Part shown: piece after piece, positions 20,271 through 29,344 of the stretch
Position numbering within the stretch: the stretch's first letter is position 1
How the letters are laid out: every line of letters begins with the position of its first letter
Virus record (IMG/VR): IMGVR_UViG_3300012964_000004
Coordinates: 2,312-66,311 of that record
Source of the DNA: a virus
Length of the DNA: 64,000 nt
Reading direction: 5' to 3' (one strand)
The notes under the pieces: model-generated
What the model was told of the DNA's origin: nothing
The model's database searches: none
What the model saw: the letters and a program-made list of their open reading frames with translations, nothing else
Translations under genes and position numbers: made by a program

Positions 20271-21991
20271 TTCTTTTCTCCCCAGTTGTCGCCGACTATG
20301 TATTCAAACTCAAAGGGTACAGGTGAGCCAGGGAATACCAATTCAACTGCCTGCTTGAATGCCTCTTTCAATAGCAGGACGTAATTGTCAAGCATATCTT
20401 CGGGCACATCCAGCACCAACTCATCATGGATGACCATGCAGACGGGGAAGGGCAGGTGAACTATACGACAGGCCTCCCACAATCTGGCCATCCATGCCTT
20501 GGTCATGTCGGCTCCACCCCCTTGAACTGGATTGTTTTTACAATTATTTTCCCATCCCATAGCATGAATGTTGAGATAGGCTCGGCGTCCATAAGGCGTA
20601 GTCGTAAACTCCAACCGATGGCCGTCTTGTACAGCCCGATCCAGCATTGTCTTGACTCGCGGAAATTTATTGAAATAGGCATCGATATACGTTTGACATT
20701 TCTCCTCGTCCAATTCGCCAGGGTCATCTAGCACCTCCTTCAGGCGCCCGAGTAGGCCGATCGCAGTCAGACCATACACGATACCCAAGTTGATTTCCTT
20801 GCCAATTTTGCGGCGGGGATCATCCTTTTGAATGGTCTCATCTTCGAACAACATACGTGTGACCATCAAGTGCACGTCCTCGTGATTGGCAAAGATGTTG
20901 ATCAAATTCTTATCCATGCTGAGCAGTGCTGTGATGCGTGGCTCCTGCTGGCTGACATCTGCGATGATATATTTGCCATTACGGGGAATGAACAAACTTC
21001 TGAACACAGGCATCTTGCGGGATGGAATGTTCTGCAGATTGGGACTGTCCGAACTCATGCGTCCAGTCGCTGCACCCGTCACGTTCCAGCTACAATACAC
21101 ATCGCCATCTGGTGGGGTAGCATGTTTCTGCAGCCAGACCTCGCCATACGTGGAAACTGCCTTACGATACCCTCGACCTTCACGGATTTTCTGGATGATG
21201 GGCAGGTGCTTGTATTCAGCTAGCGTTTCATCTTCTGTATTGGCCAAGCCAATACCGTATTTGGCAGCGATCATTTCCTTGACCTTCTTGTAGGAAAAAA
21301 CATTCACCCCCAATTCTTCCTCGATGCTCTTACCCTTGGACTCGTTCTCTTTAGCCAGTGTCAGCCAGCCGTCCATATTCACACGGGCAGGCGGCATGTC
21401 TAACACCACCCAGATCATGGGTTCGTCGATGGATATGTAGACCAAGTATTCAGGTCGGCGCTGGTTCAACAGCTTCAACTGCTCTTGGCACACCCGCAGG
21501 GTCATGTAAGTATCCTTGGCTGCATAGCTGTACAATTCGGCTAATGGGATTGATCGGTCACGGATTTGTTCATACTTGTCCTTTTCCATGTATAGACCAA
21601 AGTAACGCCGAGCCATGGATGCCAGACTGAAAGTAGAATAGAACCCGCTCCACAAGATCTTCTCTAACAGCATCGGATCCAAAATGAAGTGGCGATCGAT
21701 CTGAGTAAAGCGCCGTAATTGACGAATATCATAGGTGGCGTTCTGGATGATCCACTGCAAGCTAATCAATCTCATTAGTGCGCTACCAATTATCTTATGA
21801 TCGGTGATGATATAGTTCTTGCCATTATCCAATGACAGGGCGAGGCAGGCGAATTCACCGTGCGGAATATGCAACTTGTCCTTGTCTTGCCCAAACATCT
21901 CTAGGTCGATGGCCACATTGTAGGCATTGGTCACATCGATCTGATCGGCATTTTCAACGATTGAATATTCAACATCAGGTACAGTTTTCAT
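20267..21991 (-). CDS. polA: family A DNA polymerase (3'-5' exonuclease plus polymerase)
   Basis: Exo DLE and QNATYD, TGRMSS..PNLQNIP, motif A DVSQQEPR, motif B RKIGKEINLGIVYG, motif C HDEL. Start placed at MKTV (ATGA overlap with the upstream ORF). Confidence 0.93.
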   Translation of the reverse strand: MKTVPDVEYSIVENADQIDVTNAYNVAIDLEMFGQDKDKLHIPHGEFACLALSLDNGKNYIITDHKIIGSALMRLISLQWIIQNATYDIRQLRRFTQIDRHFILDPMLLEKILWSGFYSTFSLASMARRYFGLYMEKDKYEQIRDRSIPLAELYSYAAKDTYMTLRVCQEQLKLLNQRRPEYLVYISIDEPMIWVVLDMPPARVNMDGWLTLAKENESKGKSIEEELGVNVFSYKKVKEMIAAKYGIGLANTEDETLAEYKHLPIIQKIREGRGYRKAVSTYGEVWLQKHATPPDGDVYCSWNVTGAATGRMSSDSPNLQNIPSRKMPVFRSLFIPRNGKYIIADVSQQEPRITALLSMDKNLINIFANHEDVHLMVTRMLFEDETIQKDDPRRKIGKEINLGIVYGLTAIGLLGRLKEVLDDPGELDEEKCQTYIDAYFNKFPRVKTMLDRAVQDGHRLEFTTTPYGRRAYLNIHAMGWENNCKNNPVQGGGADMTKAWMARLWEACRIVHLPFPVCMVIHDELVLDVPEDMLDNYVLLLKEAFKQAVELVFPGSPVPFEFEYIVGDNWGEKK

Positions 21992-22227
21992 TTTTTCATC
22001 ACATCTTCTCTGATCTTGCGACATGCGATTTCATAATCCAACTCCAATAGGTTGCTGTCATCCACTGGATCTCCTTCATCTGGAGTAAGGGTACCCCGCA
22101 GTAGTTCCTGAGCGCTCTCTTTGTCTAATCCACCCGCCCGATAAACACCAGTGATCATACCCAGACGCAAGCAGCGTGCCAAGATGGTAAGTTCCTGTTC
22201 GCTTAGTGTGTCACCGATTGTTTTCAT
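21988..22227 (-). CDS. hypothetical protein
   Basis: 79-aa ORF translationally coupled on both sides. Confidence 0.5.
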   Translation of the reverse strand: MKTIGDTLSEQELTILARCLRLGMITGVYRAGGLDKESAQELLRGTLTPDEGDPVDDSNLLELDYEIACRKIREDVMKK

Positions 22228-22493
22228 TTAGGTTTTCCTTTACCTTTCTTCTTGACCGTTCCATAATACAAGGTGTGGATGGCTCCACATATAGGACATT
22301 TCTTGCCAGAACCTGCCAAGCTCCAGTTATATGCCTCAACTTCATATTCACAAAAAGGGCAGATGATCCAGGTGGTGCTCCTGCCATGTTGCATAGAGCC
22401 ACGCATCTCTTTGTGTGGGCGTACCTCAAACTTATCAAGATAGTTGGGGTCTGTGTGTCTTTTCATACACTTGGGGTCTGTGTGTCTTTTCAT
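22224..22493 (-). CDS. small zinc-ribbon protein
   Basis: CPFC...CPICG; duplicated N-terminus MKRHTDP x2. Confidence 0.6.
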   Translation of the reverse strand: MKRHTDPKCMKRHTDPNYLDKFEVRPHKEMRGSMQHGRSTTWIICPFCEYEVEAYNWSLAGSGKKCPICGAIHTLYYGTVKKKGKGKPK

Positions 22494-22497
22494 ACGC
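22444..22497. repeat. 27-bp tandem duplication
   Basis: ttggggtctgtgtgtcttttcatacac / ttggggtctgtgtgtcttttcatacgc. Confidence 0.9.
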
Positions 22498-23677
22498 TTG
22501 TCAATCCTATCCAGCCTAGGCTCTCTTCACCCCAAGCTAATTTACCATCGAACGCGACACGGATCGCGCCAGGCCCACCTTCGCGGTAGCCGAAACGCGA
22601 CTTGCCGTTTATGATGTAGCCCGAATTCGGCAGCGGCGGCAGCGTCGGATCGCGCACGGTCGTCGCATAAATTTGGTTCGGGTTATATATGAGGAGGATG
22701 AGCGCAGCCGTGGCTTCAGCCATACCCGAATAGCGCAAGTGGTTGATCTTCGGCACGCCGCCCGTATAGTTGCGGTTCAACTGCGCCAATAAAAAGACGG
22801 GTGCGCCCATGGAATTTTCCTTCGCCAAAGATGCGCACCTTCTATATACATAAGCCATGGACTGTTCGTCCTCTTGGCCTTCGATCAGCATGTCGGAGAA
22901 ATCCACAAAGATGTGGTACACGCCTTCCGTGGCGCTCAAACGCATGGCGTCCGTGTAGACTTCATCCACCGATATTATTTTGTCACAGATTATGACGTTC
23001 CTGCGATGGGCAGGCTCGAGTGGCTTGAGTGCCACCTGTACAATGCGCCGAGCGATCTGACCTGTGGTCATTTCCAGCGTGTATAGCAGTGAGACCTTGT
23101 TCTCCAGCGCAGAATTGGCGATGATCTTGGCAATCAAACTGGTCTTACCCGTTCCTGGCGGCCCGCCCACCACAACCAGGCCAGCTTCGGGCACACCACT
23201 CATGCTCAGATTTTCAGGATCACCACAATGTTCATCGACGGGTGGATAGTAGGTCTTGCGCCACACAGCAGGCTGGCTGTCCACCTGATCCATGTGAATG
23301 TAGCTGCCCTCATAATGGTTAGCTTGATCTATAAGCGTTACGATTTTAGCCACATCCAGATCATCACCCTTGCGCAAGCGTTTGACTTGTTGCTCGAGCA
23401 GACCAATCTGTTTCTCTCTGCGGTAGCAGACCAACAGTTGGGATAACAATTCTTGTATATCCAAGACCTCGCCGACGCTGGCGATGGCTTGCTTGGCCGT
23501 CACCACAGGCATCAAGCCCACCTTGTCGATGATGTAAGGAATGTCCTTGCCTTCCCTTAGATGGTTACAGATTAGGTCATAAGGCGGAGCCAGATATTCG
23601 GGCAGAACATATTGGGCAGATACCCTGCCTTCCAGCAACAGTCCACCCCACAGTTCACTGATGTCTGTGTGCTTCAT
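22490..23677 (-). CDS. DnaB-like (SF4) replicative helicase
   Basis: GPPGTGKT Walker A, TLEM, FVD, LAQLNR, LRYSG..E..A and KSRFG; likely start at MKHT (ORF extends to 23791). Confidence 0.85.
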   Translation of the reverse strand: MKHTDISELWGGLLLEGRVSAQYVLPEYLAPPYDLICNHLREGKDIPYIIDKVGLMPVVTAKQAIASVGEVLDIQELLSQLLVCYRREKQIGLLEQQVKRLRKGDDLDVAKIVTLIDQANHYEGSYIHMDQVDSQPAVWRKTYYPPVDEHCGDPENLSMSGVPEAGLVVVGGPPGTGKTSLIAKIIANSALENKVSLLYTLEMTTGQIARRIVQVALKPLEPAHRRNVIICDKIISVDEVYTDAMRLSATEGVYHIFVDFSDMLIEGQEDEQSMAYVYRRCASLAKENSMGAPVFLLAQLNRNYTGGVPKINHLRYSGMAEATAALILLIYNPNQIYATTVRDPTLPPLPNSGYIINGKSRFGYREGGPGAIRVAFDGKLAWGEESLGWIGLTSV

Positions 23678-23906
23678 CAAATACCATCCAGACGGGAATG
23701 GGATGATCTTTCTTCCAACAAATAGGACACACCCATCCACCCTTCTTCTTGGAGAAGTGCCAGCCTTTGGCTCTGAAATGACTAATGGCATCTTCTTGCC
23801 GAAATGTTTCTATTTCATACCAGCGGGTGCAAGATCCGTCAATGTCCTCATAGACGCATGAGATCAGCCATTGTTTATGTAAATGTATTGACTCTGATAG
23901 TTTCAT
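23655..23906 (-). CDS. small Cys-containing hypothetical protein
   Basis: C..C and GW....GWVCPIC zinc-binding pattern. Confidence 0.5.
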   Translation of the reverse strand: MKLSESIHLHKQWLISCVYEDIDGSCTRWYEIETFRQEDAISHFRAKGWHFSKKKGGWVCPICWKKDHPIPVWMVFDEAHRHQ

Positions 23907-23992
23907 CGTTTATCCAATCTGTACAACTGAATTCCAAGAATTACACCTACGATCACCGCAAGTATTATGACAACAATTCGATCTCCACTCAT
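23903..23992 (-). CDS. 29-aa single-TM microprotein
   Basis: MSGDRIVVIILAVIVGVILGIQLYRLDKR; ATGA overlap with the downstream ORF; translated by hand. Confidence 0.5.
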   Translation of the reverse strand: MSGDRIVVIILAVIVGVILGIQLYRLDKR

Positions 23993-23995
23993 TGT

Positions 23996-24091
23996 CTACT
24001 TCCTTCTTATGATCTTGCTGAGATGCCACCCAATGGTAAAGGCAACAATCATCAGCACACATCTAAGCACCATCCAATCTAGTTGGCTCAT
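23996..24091 (-). CDS. 31-aa single-TM microprotein
   Basis: MSQLDWMVLRCVLMIVAFTIGWHLSKIIRRK; ATGA overlap with the primase stop; translated by hand. Confidence 0.5.
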   Translation of the reverse strand: MSQLDWMVLRCVLMIVAFTIGWHLSKIIRRK

Positions 24092-24927
24092 CTTGATCTC
24101 TCAATCGCGTTCATTATTTCCATGTCCTTTCCTGCTACATGCAAATCGTTCACATCTTTCATTCCATCAGGCCAATCCATCCTGACCACTCGACCGCGCC
24201 AGCCCAGGTTGCGATAGTATTCGATGGCTTTCAACTCTTCGCCTTGATCTGGGAAAACTAAGATGGGTTTGCGCACGCTGTCCAGATCACTGAGCTTTAG
24301 TCGCGTGCCCCACATGGTTGAAGCCGCAGGGATGCGCAGATCGACCAGCGTCAGTGCATCTAGAATTCCAAAAGTTACCACCACAAATTGACCAGTGCGA
24401 TATAAGTACCAATCAGGCACATACAAGCTGGCCGCCGAGCGGTTCACATAGCGGTGACCAGTAGCTTCCTGCACATGCTGGCCTGCTCTTAGTACGTAAC
24501 CGTTTAGTTGATCCTCTCGGCTGTAAACGGGTATGACATACCAGCCATTATGCCAGCCCAGATGCTGGCCCTCGATGCGCTCATTCAGCTTGCGTATGCG
24601 CAGGTACCAGCCCAGGCTTTCACAATATTTGGACAGAATTTCGTGAGCGTCTTCTACAAAGTGGATTGGATCTTCCCATTTGCCTGGGGGAGACCAATCG
24701 ACTGACTCTTTCTCATGTGCGAATGAGGGCGGTGACCACCCTGATAGGCGGCGATCCAGCATGTATAAGTCGCCACTGCGTCCGCAAGATAGACAGCGGA
24801 ACCATCCATCTTTGTACACCAGCATGGATGGATGGTGATCTGGATGGAAAACACAAAGCGCACTGTAGTAGCGTTCATATTCTTTTACTCTGTCCAAGCG
24901 TGATACAATATCAGCTAGGTTCTTCAT
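24088..24927 (-). CDS. DnaG-type primase-like protein (CHC2 zinc finger plus atypical TOPRIM)
   Basis: CVFHPDHHPSM...FRCLSCG..GD zinc finger, VIPVY, TFGILDAL and KDVND. Confidence 0.75.
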   Translation of the reverse strand: MKNLADIVSRLDRVKEYERYYSALCVFHPDHHPSMLVYKDGWFRCLSCGRSGDLYMLDRRLSGWSPPSFAHEKESVDWSPPGKWEDPIHFVEDAHEILSKYCESLGWYLRIRKLNERIEGQHLGWHNGWYVIPVYSREDQLNGYVLRAGQHVQEATGHRYVNRSAASLYVPDWYLYRTGQFVVVTFGILDALTLVDLRIPAASTMWGTRLKLSDLDSVRKPILVFPDQGEELKAIEYYRNLGWRGRVVRMDWPDGMKDVNDLHVAGKDMEIMNAIERSR

Positions 24928-24939
24928 CCTTTTGAAGAA

Positions 24940-24969
24940 AATGCCCCCGTTCCCCAAGTCGGGGGCATT
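24940..24969. terminator. intergenic stem-loop
   Basis: AATGCCCCCG-10 nt-CGGGGGCATT perfect 10-bp stem between the SSB-like gene and primase. Confidence 0.55.
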
Positions 24970-24974
24970 ATTAT

Positions 24975-25991
24975 TTATTTGCCAAGCTGTTCTTGAGCGA
25001 TCTCAAGTAACCGTTTCTTCGCTTCAGGGTTGGTGTTGGCCAATGAGGACAGCATGTTCAACGAGTCCTGATCGCCGGCCTTGGCGTTGTTAGCCAGAAT
25101 GTCAAGGATGGTTGGAGCAGAAGGTGATTTCTTGTTGGATGCTGGCTTAGTTGTAGGCTCAGGTTTCTTGGGTTCTTCCTCAGTTACAAGTTTCTTGGGT
25201 TCTTCCTTAGCTACAGGCGTTTCTAACTTCAGATCATCTTCGTGCATGATCCGAATGACATTCTGCTCACCCGATATTTCAAGTTGGGTGACAGGCTCAG
25301 GTGCATTGGCAACTGCCGCGCCAGCAGGGATGCTATCTTCTTCTTCATCATCAGGAAGCTCGGATAAATCTTTTACCCAACCCTGATCATTCAAAGAAAT
25401 AGCAAACACTTTATCGCGGCTGCCAAGCAATTTGTTCAAATAAACCAAGACGTTCTCACTCCATGGGATGGAGTCAGTGGAGAAATCCAAACCGCACAAC
25501 TGCAGGAATTTGGTGACCTTTTCGCCATACACCAGCGTGATTGTCTTGCCTCTTTCTTCATCCTCGAATTTTTCAAAGCTGTAAGGCAGGTTGTAGACGA
25601 TCTGATAGTTCTTCCATTTGCCTGCAGTGATCACGAAGATCGCAGTGAATTCCAGATGCTGCTTGATGTTGTATTTCTTGCCTTCTTTAGTGACACCTGA
25701 CTTGGCTGCCACTGTGCGGATGGTGGGTGGTTCACTTTCTTTGCCAGCGAAGCCCAGGAATTTGACTTTGTATGTGCCTAAGATGGGTCTAGCTCCAAAG
25801 ATCTCTGTGTTGCTGGAGTTGAGTGTGACTGCTTGGCGCCCATCCCGAATATAATCGGGGGCGTCGCGCAATAAGACTGTAACAGTTTGTTTATTATCCT
25901 CAAAGGTGACATCCAGCTTGTCATCGCGGGTGGAAATCATGGCGATGCCTGTTTTACCTTTTGAATATTGACGTACAGGAATGGGGGACAT
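24975..25991 (-). CDS. putative ssDNA-binding / replication protein
   Basis: Beta-rich core and acidic/Pro-Lys linker, GGAG RBS, position in the replication operon; no diagnostic motif. Confidence 0.4.
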   Translation of the reverse strand: MSPIPVRQYSKGKTGIAMISTRDDKLDVTFEDNKQTVTVLLRDAPDYIRDGRQAVTLNSSNTEIFGARPILGTYKVKFLGFAGKESEPPTIRTVAAKSGVTKEGKKYNIKQHLEFTAIFVITAGKWKNYQIVYNLPYSFEKFEDEERGKTITLVYGEKVTKFLQLCGLDFSTDSIPWSENVLVYLNKLLGSRDKVFAISLNDQGWVKDLSELPDDEEEDSIPAGAAVANAPEPVTQLEISGEQNVIRIMHEDDLKLETPVAKEEPKKLVTEEEPKKPEPTTKPASNKKSPSAPTILDILANNAKAGDQDSLNMLSSLANTNPEAKKRLLEIAQEQLGK

Positions 25992-26009
25992 GAGATTTCT
26001 CTCCTTTAT

Positions 26010-26378
26010 TTAGAATTTGCGGTCTCGGGCGCGGAATTCATCGTGCATTTTATCCAAGGCAGTAGCAAGCTGGTCAGCGATATAAGCGATGCCATCGGGT
26101 GTGAGCACAACAAATGATGCGTCGGTTGCTATATCGACTATATATTTATCTTTGAGAGGAATGGTCACTTCCACAGCCACATTATACGGAAACATGAATA
26201 ATGGGCTGTAGGGTTTATATTGAGTGCGATCGGGAGCCAGTTGTGTGGGTATCATGCGAATATGAATGATATTATCTGGATCCATAAATATATGGGACGG
26301 CTGAATTTTCTCACCGAGAGGGGAAACGTAGGTTTCCTTATCGCCGTCATCTGCTCGGGAAAATTCATTATCAGGCAT
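26010..26378 (-). CDS. hypothetical protein
   Basis: 122-aa ORF in the operon. Confidence 0.5.
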   Translation of the reverse strand: MPDNEFSRADDGDKETYVSPLGEKIQPSHIFMDPDNIIHIRMIPTQLAPDRTQYKPYSPLFMFPYNVAVEVTIPLKDKYIVDIATDASFVVLTPDGIAYIADQLATALDKMHDEFRARDRKF

Positions 26379-27924
26379 CTAATTCATCTCCTATTGTAAG
26401 TAAATCCAAGACTGGAATGTCATCCAAGGTGATCAACTGTCCAAAGATTTCCCGTTTGGTTTCGATGAGCCGATGGATACGCTCATCAATGGTATGGCGT
26501 GCGATCAGATAGATAGACTCTACGGCTGAGCGCTGCCCAATACGATGTAAACGTCCTTCGATCTGTTCCTCCCTTCCTGCATTCCACTCACGCTCGACAA
26601 AAATGAGCATATCTGCGGAATACAAATCAATACCTTCACCGCCAGCGATGCTGATGATGGCCACGCGTATTTTGGGATCGATAAGGAAACGCTGGACATT
26701 ATCATAGCGTTCCTTTTGCGATGTATCCCCAACCACTTTGATCGTGCCATATTCGGCTAGCTTTTCTTCCAAGGCAGCCACGACTGCACGATGATGAGCG
26801 AACAAGACTACTTTGTTTTTACTCTTGAGAATATCCTGCGCAAGTTCCACAGCAGGCACAACTTTCATCATGCCAATGACTTGGCGCAGATTAGCAATCT
26901 GCTGCAGGCGGGAAGCACCCTTCCCATCCAGCATAACACGTTTGCGTGTCTCTTCCAATGTCTCTTTATATTTGCGAGCATAGATCTTATCCCAATCCAC
27001 AGGCAAATGCACGCGAGTGATGGCTGGCAGATCCTGCAACACTTCCTGCTTGGTGTGGCGCAGATAATAATTTCCCAGTTCAGTTTTCAATTCACCCAGG
27101 TTGGTGGCACCATCAACATCCCAACCCCACTTGTCCATATAAGCGCCGCAATATTTGATCGCATAGCGCCAATAGGAATTCCAACGCGCAGGATTGAGGA
27201 TGTTCAACTGCGGCCACAATTCAATGGGGCGGTTCAAGAAAGGCGTGCCTGACAGCCCGATTACATAATTAGTTTGTAACGCTTTAGCTGCGCGAGTGCG
27301 CTGGCTCTTGCGATTTGCGAGGTAGTGGCATTCATCATATACGACCAGTTGATAATTATGCGCTTTGATCTCAGCGATCTTGAGCGTGAAAATGGCGTAG
27401 GACATCAAGGTAAATCGGCTACGAATTAGCGGATCCTTGCCCTTGCTGATGATGACCGACTCATCGCCCAACCAATTCTTGATCTCAGCCTGCCATTTAT
27501 ATACCACCGAAGCGGGGCAGACAATCAGCACTGAATGAAAGCCACGCTCTTGAATGAATGCCAGAGTCTCAACAGTCTTGCCCAAACCCATCTCATTGGC
27601 ATTGACGAAGCGTCCGCCTGTCTCGTGCATCCAATCCAGATCAGCCAACTGGAAGGGATATAAACGCTGCCGCACCGCATCCGCTTTGGTAAAGATCGGA
27701 TCCCGACCTAAATCAAGTACGGCTTTATCAATCATAAAGCCGTACTCTTTGCCAAACTTGACCGCTAGCTTGGCTCCGAATTCAGTCGCGGGCATCCACC
27801 ATTGACGCAGATCACCATCGTAGCGCGTATCAGGCAGCGATTTGATCTTGTTCTTCATCCCTGGGGAATAGGGGAAGGAGAACTCAATGCGGTAGTTTCT
27901 AAAATCGATCGACTTATATATCAT
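26371..27924 (-). CDS. SNF2-family (SMARCAL1/HARP-like) helicase
   Basis: LYPFQ, NEMGLGKT, VCPAS, DECH, LSGTP..NRP.EL, GEGIDL and QIEGRLHRIGQ; HARP-like N-terminus. Confidence 0.9.
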   Translation of the reverse strand: MIYKSIDFRNYRIEFSFPYSPGMKNKIKSLPDTRYDGDLRQWWMPATEFGAKLAVKFGKEYGFMIDKAVLDLGRDPIFTKADAVRQRLYPFQLADLDWMHETGGRFVNANEMGLGKTVETLAFIQERGFHSVLIVCPASVVYKWQAEIKNWLGDESVIISKGKDPLIRSRFTLMSYAIFTLKIAEIKAHNYQLVVYDECHYLANRKSQRTRAAKALQTNYVIGLSGTPFLNRPIELWPQLNILNPARWNSYWRYAIKYCGAYMDKWGWDVDGATNLGELKTELGNYYLRHTKQEVLQDLPAITRVHLPVDWDKIYARKYKETLEETRKRVMLDGKGASRLQQIANLRQVIGMMKVVPAVELAQDILKSKNKVVLFAHHRAVVAALEEKLAEYGTIKVVGDTSQKERYDNVQRFLIDPKIRVAIISIAGGEGIDLYSADMLIFVEREWNAGREEQIEGRLHRIGQRSAVESIYLIARHTIDERIHRLIETKREIFGQLITLDDIPVLDLLTIGDELDA

Positions 27925-28591
27925 AAGCTCCTATTCAGTTGTTGAAGTCACGAGTTAGTCATGTGGGGCGAATTTGAGGGGGGCAAACCCGCCCCACTAA
28001 TGAAAGGAGTGGCGCATAGCATAGGGTGGGCAGTTCGCTTATACATATACGCCAACCTCATTGTAACAGATCGGCTTGCTCAAACATTAGAGTTAGATTA
28101 GAGTTTCTTAGAAATCCTAATCGGCGACGCATTAGAGGCATTTCTGTTTGACTTGCTCAACAGATCGTGCTACTATGGCCTCAGGCGCGTTAGTTGTGGC
28201 TGACGCTGACCTGCCCAACGCTGGCATGGGTGCTCGAGCCAGCTTCATAAGGGGAAATTTCTCAGCCAGCGCAGGCACCTGCATACAAGGATGGATCTGG
28301 ACAATCTGAAAGCCAGACACCGCCCAATCGGAACAGGCAATTAGCTCAAAGCTAAAGACGGGCATCATGGGTGGGCACTTGCGTCTTTCATCTGCTTGAT
28401 GAAAAGCCTCAGTACATTCGGTGAAGGAAGAAATCCTTCTCAATTTCTACTCTCACGACCTTTGGCAAGGTCGGATTGTGTCTCTTGATGAAACAACTTC
28501 TCTGATACTAACCATGATAAATACTCCTGAACAAACCGAATAATAACCATCCAGACTTCTCTGATAATATAGAGAAGAGAAAGGCTATTGT

Positions 28592-29113
28592 ATGGAACCC
28601 AAGCGCGTCATGAAACTTGACATTCCTCTGGTGATCGAGACTTATCAGCGCATGTTGCGTGAAGCTCCCTCTGGGCATGTGTCCGCGAAGGCGCTCACGT
28701 ATGAGATTAGCAAGCAGATCATATCGGCTAAGACAGGCAAGCCCTTCACGCGGCAGGCACTCTATTTTATTTTGAACCGCTCGGTGCGTGCGCATCCTGA
28801 GACGCACGTGCGTGACCTGCCCATTGTATGTATGAATGTGAATTATGTCATGTTGAGCACATGGTTGGCAGATCACATTCAACCCGCACTTATATACGGT
28901 TTCTTCGATTGCACGCCTGAGGTTGCTCGTGGTCGCGTGGTCTATGGAATGCCAAGCATAGCTGCTATGATGGCAGCTAAGCTGGTATACTGGCCTTATC
29001 ATCAACGCGCACCTATCTTTACGGACGTTGACCCTACCCAATTTGGTGACGAATTAGTGTTCCTGCCCCTGATATGCGTATCGCCCCGATCCCGAAAGCT
29101 AGAGAAGTTTTAG
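28592..29113 (+). CDS. putative HTH plus Csx16-like domain protein
   Basis: N-terminal helical segment with KPFTRQALYFIL; C-terminal TPEVARGRVVYG.P motif reminiscent of Csx16-like proteins. Confidence 0.4.
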   Translation: MEPKRVMKLDIPLVIETYQRMLREAPSGHVSAKALTYEISKQIISAKTGKPFTRQALYFILNRSVRAHPETHVRDLPIVCMNVNYVMLSTWLADHIQPALIYGFFDCTPEVARGRVVYGMPSIAAMMAAKLVYWPYHQRAPIFTDVDPTQFGDELVFLPLICVSPRSRKLEKF

Positions 29114-29337
29114 AGCATTACCAATTTATCTGCGCTGTGTGCTTTTCGCCAGCCACGCAGGTACATGAGATCATGCCCAAAAGCAAAAGACCCGCCGATT
29201 GGTGGGCTTGGGAAAATCGTGTTCCTTTGTGCGCCAACTGTCATGATCGTGTGCATCAGGAAGGCACCGCTGCTTGGGAAGAGCGGCTAAGAGAGAGCCG
29301 AGATGTGCTAGCTATTCTCCTAGCCGATGTCCGCTAA
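29074..29337 (+). CDS. HNH endonuclease
   Basis: CAVC...ATQVHEI.PKS......NRVPLCANCHDRVH. Confidence 0.8.
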   Translation: MRIAPIPKAREVLEHYQFICAVCFSPATQVHEIMPKSKRPADWWAWENRVPLCANCHDRVHQEGTAAWEERLRESRDVLAILLADVR

Positions 29338-29344
29338 GTAACGG

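Noticed and set aside
28132-28443. 103-aa minus-strand ORF
   Set aside because: TTG start and no recognisable motif; cannot be supported as a gene.
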